From positions 1,080,001-1,112,000 of the forward strand of contig NC_015913.1 in assembly GCF_000270205.1 (NCBI RefSeq): DNA of 32,000 nucleotides. The letters are read 5' to 3'. Numbering within the stretch: position 1 is the first letter of the stretch; every line of letters starts with the position of its first letter. Under the pieces are notes generated by a model. It did not search any database. It saw only the letters and a program-made list of their open reading frames with translations, and was not told the origin of the DNA. Shown piece after piece: positions 1-9,300 of the stretch. The translations under genes were made by a program, and so were the position numbers. This DNA is from Candidatus Arthromitus sp. SFB-mouse-Japan (lineage in GTDB: Bacteria; Bacillota; Clostridia; Clostridiales; Clostridiaceae).

Positions 1-454
1 CTAATAAATTTATCTCTTCAGCTCCAAAAAATATAAATTTCAAATCATAATGGGTTTGTGTATTTCGGAATATTTCGCAAAGTTCTAAAAGCGTAGCAAT
101 TCCAGAAGCATTATCATCGAATGCATTACCTTCAATACGTCCGTCATAGTGTGCACCTAAAATTATAACTTTTGAAGAATCAAGACCTTTTTTATTTACC
201 TCAATGTTTGCAGTTTCATATCCATCAACATCAAATTTATGAATATCTACTTCATATCCTAAATCTTTCAGGGTCTTTTCTATATAATTTCTAGAATTTA
301 TTTCACTTTGTGTAACTAATGCTCTACTTCCTATTAATGAAAATTTCAATAAATGTCTATATGCAATATCTCCATTAATTGCCATAACATTAAGTAAATC
401 AAAATTACAAATCAATATTATAAAAACTACAACTATTTGTATATATTTTTTCAA
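1..454 (-). CDS. M28-family zinc metallopeptidase (aminopeptidase-like), N-terminal part; C-terminus lies beyond the left window edge
   Basis: Not in the ORF track because it is truncated by the edge. My manual translation from TTG at 454-452 gives (M)KKYIQIVVVFIILICNF... (signal/anchor helix), then ...VIILGAHYDGRIEGNAFDDNASGIATLLELCEIFRN...KFIFFGAEEINLL. The GAHYD / DDNASG / FFGAEE motifs are the M28 metal-ligand signature. A GAAGGGG Shine-Dalgarno lies about 9 nt upstream (463-469). The ATG at 458 is in a frame that stops after 17 codons. Confidence 0.7.
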   Translation of the reverse strand, partial: MKKYIQIVVVFIILICNFDLLNVMAINGDIAYRHLLKFSLIGSRALVTQSEINSRNYIEKTLKDLGYEVDIHKFDVDGYETANIEVNKKGLDSSKVIILGAHYDGRIEGNAFDDNASGIATLLELCEIFRNTQTHYDLKFIFFGAEEINLL

Positions 455-476
455 TCATACACACCCCTTCCGAGAA

Positions 477-2219
477 TCATTTTCTCAAAATTATTTCATC
501 ATAATAAAATGTTTTAAATACATTAGTCGAATTTATTCCAAAAATTCTTCCATTATAAGCATCAAACTTTTTACGTTGAAATAATGGAATTACTGGCAAA
601 TCTTCTCTAAGAATTTCATAAGCTTCAAGATAAAAATTTCTATTTGCTTCTATATCAAAATTTGTATCTATATTCGTTAATAATTCATCTAAGCTTTGAT
701 TGGAGTAAGAAAAATAATTGTTTACTCCCGATGTATAAAAACTCTTGTACCAATTGCTGCCATAAGTAAACTCATCATCAACCAAAAACAAATCATAATT
801 ATGTTTTCTTGCACTCACATCTGAAAAATCATTAATATTGACATATTCTTTAATCAATGAAATTCCAATATTTTTAAGATTATTTTCTATTATCGGAAAA
901 ATATCTTGACATATGGAACTATTTTCCTGAACCAAAATATTAAATTGCAGAGCCTTACCATCTTTTTCTAAAATTCCAGATTTATTTTTAACCCATCCAT
1001 GTTCATTTAAAATTCTGACTGCTTCGTTCTTGTTAAAATCATTTTTCATATTATCTTTATCATAAAAAAATTTTTGAAATGCTCCATCAATTGGAGCATC
1101 TATAATATTAAAATTTTTATCCGATATATTCTTTACAATTTGGTTTTTATCTATACATACATTAATTGCTTTCCTGATAGAAATATCTTTCAATAATTCA
1201 TTTGAATGATTTATTCCGATAGAACCATAATCATATGTATCAAACATATATCCATTTAAAAATTGAGCATTTGATGCCTCTTCAATATTTTCATTATTTG
1301 GCAAAATATCATATGCTATATCAATATTTCCAGATATCAAATTATTTATATACGATTTTTCATCAACCTTTTTAAAAGTTAATGTTGAAATATCACTTTT
1401 ATCCTTGTAATAATAATCATTAGTTTTAAGAATCAAATAATCATCTTCATAAGCAAAAAATTTAAATACTCCATTACCAAAAGGTTTTAAATTTTTTTCA
1501 ACAATATCATTTGCTTTCCCTTGATAATAATATTGACCATAATATATGTAAGAAAGAGGATAAATATTTAAAAGTCCAATTGTTTGAATACTTGGATTTT
1601 CCACATTGACTCTAAAATTATAATCATCTATAATTTCAATTCCTTCAATTGTGTTACTTGTTCCACTGTTATAATCTCTCCAATTTTTTAAGTTCAATGT
1701 TTCTCGATCAAAACTTCCTCTATAATCTCCATCCATTAAAAATTTATATGTAAAATCAATGTCTTTTGTCGTCAACTTTGTTCCATCTTCCCATAATAAA
1801 TTCTCTTTCAATGAAAACAAATAAGTTTTCTTATCTTCCGAAACTGTAGGAAGTTGTTTTAAAATATTTGGATAAAACTCACCATCATATCCTACCTTCA
1901 TTAAAGGTTCCCAGATAGCATCAATCACATAATAATCAGATTTAGACTCAACGAAATATGGATTAAAATTAAACTTGCCTAAAAACTTCACACCAACATT
2001 TAATATATCTTGCTTTGCCATAGCATTATTAACATAAGTATTAAAATTACTAGCACTTATATATAAAGTATCCTTATCAAATTTACCCGATCCTCTATGT
2101 ATGTTATCAACTTGTATTTTGTTTCCATTTTCCCCTTTCTTTCCTATACAAGATGAAAGTGAATAGAAAATTATCATAATAGATAAAATTAAATTAATTT
2201 GTTTTATATATTTTTTCAT
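477..2219 (-). CDS. ABC transporter substrate-binding lipoprotein, family 5 (oligopeptide/nickel, OppA-like)
   Basis: 580-aa ORF. The N-terminus MKKYIKQINLILSIMIIFYSLSSC has a lipobox (LSSC). The block DAIWEPLMKVGYDGEFYPNILKQLPTVSEDKKTYLFSLKENLLWEDGTKLTTKDIDFTYKFL is typical of SBP_bac_5. A GGAGG lies upstream (2231-2235). No permease or ATPase genes are in the window. The M28 peptidase follows 22 nt downstream. Confidence 0.85.
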   Translation of the reverse strand: MKKYIKQINLILSIMIIFYSLSSCIGKKGENGNKIQVDNIHRGSGKFDKDTLYISASNFNTYVNNAMAKQDILNVGVKFLGKFNFNPYFVESKSDYYVIDAIWEPLMKVGYDGEFYPNILKQLPTVSEDKKTYLFSLKENLLWEDGTKLTTKDIDFTYKFLMDGDYRGSFDRETLNLKNWRDYNSGTSNTIEGIEIIDDYNFRVNVENPSIQTIGLLNIYPLSYIYYGQYYYQGKANDIVEKNLKPFGNGVFKFFAYEDDYLILKTNDYYYKDKSDISTLTFKKVDEKSYINNLISGNIDIAYDILPNNENIEEASNAQFLNGYMFDTYDYGSIGINHSNELLKDISIRKAINVCIDKNQIVKNISDKNFNIIDAPIDGAFQKFFYDKDNMKNDFNKNEAVRILNEHGWVKNKSGILEKDGKALQFNILVQENSSICQDIFPIIENNLKNIGISLIKEYVNINDFSDVSARKHNYDLFLVDDEFTYGSNWYKSFYTSGVNNYFSYSNQSLDELLTNIDTNFDIEANRNFYLEAYEILREDLPVIPLFQRKKFDAYNGRIFGINSTNVFKTFYYDEIILRK

Positions 2220-2290
2220 TTATATAAATGCCTCCACAATTTGTATTAAATATATTATTTACAGTAAAATTGGAATTTATTTAAAAAATA

Positions 2291-2321
2291 AAAAAAGGAA
2301 AGGAAAATCCTCTCCTTTTTT
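2291..2321 (-). terminator. Rho-independent terminator after paralog P4
   Basis: On the minus strand: GGAGAGG-ATTTT-CCTTTCC (7-bp stem with one mismatch) followed by a T-run, directly after the stop codon at 2323. Confidence 0.6.
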
Positions 2322-2322
2322 A

Positions 2323-5300
2323 TTAATATCTTAGTCCCATAGAAGTAATATATTGTTTGAATTCTGATTCATTCATCATTTCACTAGCTATTCTTATTCT
2401 TAATTCTGCCAATGACTCTACTTGTAATTTATATTCATCATATTTTCCTTCCCAATACTTCTGTCCTTCTTCTTCAGGATCTCTTCCAACAACTATTTTA
2501 TACATCATTTTTACGAATTCTTCTTTACTAAGATATCTGCTTATAAATTCATCTTGTTTCATCAAACCATAAATAAATTGAGTCACTGGTAATTCCTTAG
2601 ATTCCAATTTTTGAACCCAAAATTTCCAACCCTCAACTTCTGGATCACGTCCAAGTGAAACAGAATAAATTTTTGATACAAATTCTGCAACTTTTCCAGT
2701 AGGTGGTTGTAATTCTTGTTTTGTCGTAAAAGAATCAATTTTATATCTAGTTATTAAACCATTCTCAAGTTTAAAAGTTATCTCTAAATCTCTGTAAGTC
2801 GTCATTGGTTTCAAGTCGCTTAATCTTAAAATTAATGAATTTGTATCCCAAGTAAATTTAATTTTTTCATCATTCAAAGCTACACTAGATATTTTTGATT
2901 TTGGAGATGCGAATAATTCAAATACAATTTCCGCACTCTTATCAGTAGTAGTTATTTTCGTTGATTTTACATCAACAGATGGAGATTGAGGTGTGGATAT
3001 TTTTGCATATTTTGATAATGTTTGTTCTTTATTATCCTTATCTTTCCAAATAAAATCAAGTTTATATACTGATTCAGTCTTTGGCTCTAGATTTGTGAAT
3101 TTTAAGAGTCCTCCCTCTAACTTAAGCTCAACATTAGGATTATTGCTTGGCTTTTGGAAGTCAATTCTTAAAAATCTTTCATTTAAATCATCAATTAATA
3201 CTGGTATTTCAGCTTTTCTAGCCTCTAAAGTTTTGGCCTCAAATAAAGTTACATTAAATGAATCTGTTACACTCAACTCTGGTCCTGTCTGGTTATCAAG
3301 CGTTACATCTGGAACTTGGTGTATACCTGTAGTCGTAAAAACTGCACTTGGAGATGTAGGCGCACTAGGTATACTAACATTAGTTATTTTATTAATATCA
3401 TTCAATACTTGTCTTGTAATAAGTTCTCTCTTATCGATGTCTATATAGCTAAGTTCAAGAATCAAAAATCCATAATCTCTCTTCTCTGACAAATTATACA
3501 AAGTTAAAATAAAATAAATTTTCTCTTTCCCTTCAATTTTTTCAACTTTGTATTTCTCTTCACCTTTAAGTCCATTAACAGTTAAATTCTTAATAGTTAC
3601 ATCACTATTATCAACTTCTATTACATATCTTAGAGATGTTTTATCATTCTTAACAGCAGGTATTATTGTTTTATTTGGAAGTTCAACATTTAATTTTGGA
3701 AAAAATACTTCAACTGTATCAGTGGAAGAAGCTGCTGACGAAAAAATTCCTTGTTTTATATCAACATATTTTTTTTCTGGATCAAGTTCTATATAGAGCT
3801 TAGGCTCTGTAAAGTTTGAAGTTCTAATTGATAAATTATGCGTGCTTACAGTTGTTACAGTTGTTACAGTTGAACTACCACTAGTAGTAGCAGATGTCAT
3901 TATTTGTGAAAAGTAAAAAGTTTTTGTTATATCTTTGTCTTCTGGCTTCGCTGTTACATATAACTTTCTAAATGTATATGGAGTCGATCTCTGTAATCCT
4001 GTTATATTAAGATATCCACCTTTTTCTGGTTTATCTGTATTAATTAAAGAAACAGATGCTGAATATTTGTTAAGTCTATCATCTTCTACTTCCATCTTTG
4101 TTATTGTACTATCTTTATCAAATATCTTGAAAGTATTAAATCTTATGCTATTACCATTAGTTCTCAAGGCTATATTTGAAGCTGTAGTTGATATCATTTG
4201 TTCATAATCCAAATAAGTTGTATCATCTATAGAATTAAAATCAATATTCATTTTTGAACCTACATTACTATTAGGTAATGTATATATCATATTTGAAACT
4301 TCAAGTGATGAATTTGATGATGATACTAAATAAGTTTCAAAAAGTGGTAATTGTTTACCAGTCTTGAAGTTTGTCATGCCGAATCCTTCAAGATAGTTAA
4401 CAACTGATAGATTATTAAGATCAGGATAAAAAGTAATATTCTTGTTTAACGCAATAAACTGGTAATTTGTGTTAGTCTTCAAAAATTCGTATGGTTGAAA
4501 ATCAGATCCATTCTTTATATCAAATTTTATAGCCATTCCATCAGCATTCAAATTCAAATTAGATGCTTTAACATTACTAGTCACAGAATTATTGATTAAT
4601 GAATCTTCTGCTATGATACTTCTTAAATAATCCATGCTTGTTGGAAATATAGTTTCTCCATCATAAATTACTGAAACTTGTTTAGGAGAAATATCATCAA
4701 TATCTTTAAAACCAAATATTAATGGTAACGTATCACGATCATAATCAACATCATTAGACTGAAATACTTTTCTTAAAGCTAATGCCAAATGAGCTCTGTT
4801 TGTTATATTAGGTATTCCTGCAGGAGCACTAGGCGATGTCATCCCAGCTGGAGTTCTAACTCCATTAATATCATCAATCATCTCATTTGCAGCTTTGATC
4901 ATAAAGTCTCTTAAACTAGCTGTTACAGTTGTCGGTGTACTAGAAATACTAGAAATACTAGAATCCATAAATACAACATCGTTTAAATTAAAAGATGAAA
5001 CTAATGATACTGTTGCAATAACATCCAAAATTTTTCCAGTCAATACGAAATTTGACTTAGCCTTACCTTGGAAAGTATACATTCCACTCTCAACTGTAGT
5101 CTCTGCAGTAGATATTATTAAATCTACTCCTCCAATTGTACTCTTAAACTGCGAAATCGTTCCTGTTGGCTTAGTTACATTACTTGGAATTCTTGTATCT
5201 TCTACTGCTCTTGTCGCACCATAAACAGACATATTATCTAAATTATCTATTATTTCTTGATTAATTTTGGATTCATCTTGTAAATCACTTATAATTTCTG

Positions 5301-5850
5301 AACTATCATTCGAAACTACTTGATCAATACTTAAATCTGGAATGATACTATCTTGGACTCCATCCATCTGTTCTACTTCCGTGTTTCCTTGATTATATTC
5401 TCCTGATCCGGACACGGTAACTCCATTCTCTTGAGCATCCGTTTGATCTTGTGAATCGTTTGTATTGTCCTCACTGTTATTTTCACTTTGTAGTGCATTT
5501 TCTTGACTGTTTGTTTCGTCATTTTCAATAATTTGTTCAGAATCTTCTTTCTTTTCAAATTCCATTTGAACAACATCTCCTTCCTCCACTAATATTGTTT
5601 CCTCTTCTTTAGTGGATTCCTGAAAATCTTGTAATGGTTGTTCATTTTCACTCACGACCGTCTCCATATGTTCTAATTTTTCTACCTCATCTACGCTTTC
5701 AGCTGTATTTTTACTAATCCCACTATTAGCTTGCTCCATAATTTTATTATAAATTTCATTGAAATTTAATGAGTTATTATCATTTTGGTCTTTCATGAAT
5801 TTTTTGATTCCTTTAAAATTAATTGATTCAATATCATTATTAGTTACCAT
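2323..5850 (-). CDS. Paralog P4 of the large FN3-like/DUF4214 surface-protein family; lacks a signal peptide
   Basis: 1175-aa ORF. The C-terminus VAEFVSKIYSVSLGRDPEVEGWKFWVQKLESKELPVTQFI...FVKMMYKIVVGRDPEEEGQKYWEGKY...EFKQYITSMGLRY is two DUF4214-like repeats, colinear with P1-P3. It shares internal blocks with them (LRYVIEVDN, KRDYGFLILELSYID, IPVLIDDLNERF, FTNLEPKTESVYKLDF). The N-terminal ~170 aa are E/Q/N/D-rich with no hydrophobic leader. No Shine-Dalgarno precedes the ATG. Confidence 0.8.
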   Translation of the reverse strand: MVTNNDIESINFKGIKKFMKDQNDNNSLNFNEIYNKIMEQANSGISKNTAESVDEVEKLEHMETVVSENEQPLQDFQESTKEEETILVEEGDVVQMEFEKKEDSEQIIENDETNSQENALQSENNSEDNTNDSQDQTDAQENGVTVSGSGEYNQGNTEVEQMDGVQDSIIPDLSIDQVVSNDSSEIISDLQDESKINQEIIDNLDNMSVYGATRAVEDTRIPSNVTKPTGTISQFKSTIGGVDLIISTAETTVESGMYTFQGKAKSNFVLTGKILDVIATVSLVSSFNLNDVVFMDSSISSISSTPTTVTASLRDFMIKAANEMIDDINGVRTPAGMTSPSAPAGIPNITNRAHLALALRKVFQSNDVDYDRDTLPLIFGFKDIDDISPKQVSVIYDGETIFPTSMDYLRSIIAEDSLINNSVTSNVKASNLNLNADGMAIKFDIKNGSDFQPYEFLKTNTNYQFIALNKNITFYPDLNNLSVVNYLEGFGMTNFKTGKQLPLFETYLVSSSNSSLEVSNMIYTLPNSNVGSKMNIDFNSIDDTTYLDYEQMISTTASNIALRTNGNSIRFNTFKIFDKDSTITKMEVEDDRLNKYSASVSLINTDKPEKGGYLNITGLQRSTPYTFRKLYVTAKPEDKDITKTFYFSQIMTSATTSGSSTVTTVTTVSTHNLSIRTSNFTEPKLYIELDPEKKYVDIKQGIFSSAASSTDTVEVFFPKLNVELPNKTIIPAVKNDKTSLRYVIEVDNSDVTIKNLTVNGLKGEEKYKVEKIEGKEKIYFILTLYNLSEKRDYGFLILELSYIDIDKRELITRQVLNDINKITNVSIPSAPTSPSAVFTTTGIHQVPDVTLDNQTGPELSVTDSFNVTLFEAKTLEARKAEIPVLIDDLNERFLRIDFQKPSNNPNVELKLEGGLLKFTNLEPKTESVYKLDFIWKDKDNKEQTLSKYAKISTPQSPSVDVKSTKITTTDKSAEIVFELFASPKSKISSVALNDEKIKFTWDTNSLILRLSDLKPMTTYRDLEITFKLENGLITRYKIDSFTTKQELQPPTGKVAEFVSKIYSVSLGRDPEVEGWKFWVQKLESKELPVTQFIYGLMKQDEFISRYLSKEEFVKMMYKIVVGRDPEEEGQKYWEGKYDEYKLQVESLAELRIRIASEMMNESEFKQYITSMGLRY

Positions 5851-5900
5851 TTTAATGTTTTATGACAAATTTAATGAACTTTATTTCATAAAAATAAATT

Positions 5901-5935
5901 AAAAAAATAAAGAACTCATAATAATGAGTTCTCTT
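5901..5935 (-). terminator. Rho-independent terminator after the 85-aa gene
   Basis: Perfect 8-bp stem AGAACTCA/TGAGTTCT (5911-5918 / 5925-5932) with a 6-nt loop, followed on the minus strand by TTATTTTTTT. Confidence 0.7.
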
Positions 5936-5971
5936 TATACAAAATAACTGCTATTAAATAATCTACCTATA

Positions 5972-6229
5972 TTAATCTGTTACACCATCTTCTATTAAGT
6001 TAGTAGTAACAAGCTTAACATCATATCTTGTGTGATCAACTAGTTCTGCTACAGCTCTCGCTGCTGCACTCAAAATATCATTTGTCAATCCTGACTTTAT
6101 GTCTGCAATTGTTCTTGTAAATTTTCTCACAGTTCCATCAAGATTATCAGTATAAAAAGTTATTACAAGGCTAGTAGCTAGCGTTGTAGATGTTATTACT
6201 TGAGTGTTAAATAGATTGCTTACTCCCAT
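5972..6229 (-). CDS. Small 85-aa protein, DUF1659-like (function unknown)
   Basis: Intact ORF with GGAG about 11 nt upstream and its own terminator. The pattern ...SLVITFYTDNLDGTVRKFTRTIADIKSGLTNDILSAAARAVAELVDHTRYDVKLVTTNLI resembles, from memory, the small Firmicutes DUF1659/DUF2922 proteins (beta-strand, G-K/T turn, 'tf.nvk...t.e.l..va.al..L'). The family assignment is tentative. Confidence 0.45.
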   Translation of the reverse strand: MGVSNLFNTQVITSTTLATSLVITFYTDNLDGTVRKFTRTIADIKSGLTNDILSAAARAVAELVDHTRYDVKLVTTNLIEDGVTD

Positions 6230-6266
6230 GTCTACACATTCTCCACAGCTATTATTATTTCAAAAT

Positions 6267-6327
6267 AGTAGATGAACTCGGTATAAGGGGCTTTTCTGGA
6301 TAATTGGTGAATTCAAGTTCATCTACT
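6267..6327 (-). repeat. 12-bp perfect inverted repeat with a 37-nt spacer, between the P3 stop and the small gene
   Basis: AGTAGATGAACT (6267-6278) and its reverse complement AGTTCATCTACT (6316-6327). On the minus strand it is followed only by ATTTTG. It is an atypical long-loop hairpin: a possible weak terminator, processing site or attenuator. Confidence 0.4.
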
Positions 6328-6369
6328 TTAATATAATATTATCTGTTATAACAATTTATTCCAAAAATT

Positions 6370-9300
6370 TTAATACCTAAGTCCTATTCTAGTTACTAAC
6401 TCTTTAAATTCTGGTTGATCCATCATTTCTCTTGCAATCTTAATTCTAAGTTGCTCAATAGTTGAAACCTGGTCCCTGTATTCGACATATTTACTTTCCC
6501 AGTATTTTTGACCTTCCTCTTCTGACTCCCTATCTACTATTAAAGTATACATCGTTGAAACAAACTTAGATTTAGTTAGCTCTCTATCAACAAATTCTGG
6601 TTGAGTCATTAAATTCTCAGCTATAAATTCTGTAGCACTAAGTTCTTTACTTTGTAATTTCTCTATCCAAAAATTCCATCCTTCATTTTCTGGTTCACGT
6701 CCAAGTGCAATCTTATAAACTCTCCTCACAAATTCAGCCACATCACCTTTTGGTCTATTCTCATCAATAACTGTCTTAAAAGTTCCAAGTGGATATTCAA
6801 CACTCTTGCCATTTTCTAAAATTAATCTTATAATAACATTTGTGTAGGTGTAGTCTGGTTTAAGTCCTTCTAATTTTATAGTGCTTATATCTTTATCCCA
6901 TGTTGCCTTAAGAGCATTGTTTAAATCATCAAGAACTGTAACTGACTTCACCTCCGATTTTGGATTGTTATAAATGTTTAATTTAATATTTACTTTAGTT
7001 AGGTCTACAACCTCAATATCCGTGGACTTAATATCATAATCTGGTGTTTCTGTAGTACTCAACTGAACATATTTTTTTATCTGTTTTGTTTCTCTAGAAA
7101 CACCATTATCTTCGCAATTAAATATTATAGTAAACATCCCACTCGTTTCTGGTTTCAAATCGCTAAATTCCAATATAAAGTTATCATAACTTACTCTAGC
7201 ATTTGGATTATCTACAGGATTTTCAACATCAATTGAAGTTACTCTATTTTCTAGGTCATCAATTAAAATCGGAACTCTTGCCACTCTTGCATATGATGAT
7301 GTAAAACTATCACTCAATGAAATCTGCACGGCCTCTTCAATCGGTAAAGACTCGGCCTCAGTCATGTTGTCATATTTTGTATTTTCACCTTTTGTCGAAT
7401 TTAATGTAGATAAACTCTTCCTAGAAGTTTGAACGTTACCACTATCATCTAAATAATTTAATTCCAAAATTACAAATCCATAATCTTTATTCTTCTCTAA
7501 ATTGTTTAAAGTTACTATATAGTAGTTTTGTTTCTGAACCCTATCTACTATCTTCTCAACTTGATATGATTCCGAACCCGTAAGACTTATAACTTTAAGA
7601 TCTAAAATATTTCCTTGCTTATTATCAACTTTAAAAACATATCTTAGAGCTGTATCAGAATTTTTAACGGTATTCATTTCAATACCATTTGGAAGTTTAA
7701 CTGTCGAAGAATTTGTAGCTGCCAATTGAATTTTTGGTTCAGGTTGCTTAATAGTCCTTATAGGTATATAATTCTGTTTCACACTTCCATTATCATAACA
7801 ACCCAAATCCAATTCTTGGCTTGTCATTCTTCCATCCGTATTTGATGTAATAAATAATTTTGTAAAAATATAAGACGTATCGCTTTCAAGACCATTAACT
7901 TCAATCGAAAAAGTATCTGTATATTCTGAAATTAAACTACAACTATATCTATAACCTCGATCATCCTGAATTTCAACCCTTGATATACTCCTATCAGGAT
8001 CACGGAAAGTTATATTTTTAAATTTAATAGAATTTTCTGCGATAGAAATATCTGATTCACTTGTCCCATATGATCCCATATCCAAATAAACACCATTTTT
8101 AAATTGTGTAACATACATATCATTTTTTGATGTACCTTGTAAGTTTTGAGAATTTGTTTCATATAAATTAGGTTTCGCTGCATTTTTAGATATAAACAAT
8201 GCTGGTGCTTTACCTGTTTTACAATTACTTAATCCAGTTAAAGTCAACTTAACATCATCGCCGACAGTTATATCTCGATTTGTTTGTGACTCCTCTAGAG
8301 CACCAAGACTATAAACTGTATTAGTTAGAAGTTTATCACCAACATTTTCATTTCTAACTACAATTCTCAAAGCAATATTACTTGGATCAATTCCATTATC
8401 TAATTTCGTATTACCTAGATCAATGATGCTTTTTATATAATCATCAGTATTAGGTACAAAATCTGAACTCATTTTAATCTTCTTCACACCATGTGTACTT
8501 TCAAATGATAATTGTGCATTCATATCATCTAATATCTTAGAAAGGGCATCACGAAGTTTCTTTCTCTCTGTTACAGTTTCAGAACTACGGTCACCTTTTG
8601 CCTCTTGATATGCTCTCTTAATTAAATCTCCAAGAGTTCCAGTTTCAAAATTTTTAACTCCATAAGTTAAAGGCTCTTCTTCAGTATCTTCTACATCATC
8701 TGTAATGTCACTATCCTCAGAGTCTGTTGGAGGTTTTGTTGATTCACTCGGTGATTCTTGTGATGGTGGTAAGCTTGATGATCCTTCCATATTAACTTCA
8801 TCATCACTGGGTTGATCTGTACTTCCTCCATCAACTTCTGGTTTTTCTTCTTCACCAACATCTGGAGTCCCATTTACACCATTATCTGGAATTCCTTCTC
8901 CCTCATCTGGTTTATTACCACCATCTTCTGTTGGTGGTTTTTGTTCTCCATCTCCATTACTCGGTTTATCACTATCTTCTCCTGATGAATCTCCTGAACC
9001 ATCATCAGTACCTCCCTCTGAAGGCTTGTTCTCATCTTCTCCATTATCTATATCACCTCCACCAGTTCCATCATCTGGTTGTTCTGGAGTTACTGGTATA
9101 TCAATCTTTGACTCTAATATTTTTCCTGATAATTTCAAACTCAACTCTATTGTTCCATAAGGTGTATATGATTCTCCCGCTCCAACTAGCTCAGAACTTC
9201 CTGTACTTTTTACAATCTGAACTTGACTTTGATTTGTTACTGTTGGCTCTGAAGGTTGTTGATCTCCTCCACTTTCTGGTGGTGTTTGAGAAGTATCTCC

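Noticed and set aside
2357-5576. Seven short ORFs nested in P4 (2357-2572+, 2993-3448+, 3548-3796+, 3935-4207+, 4895-5224+, 5373-5576-)
   Set aside because: They are all antisense or out of frame inside a 1175-codon ORF that has clear family motifs. Their translations are low-complexity (L/S/F/I-rich), as expected from the complement of an AT-rich coding strand. None has a Shine-Dalgarno.
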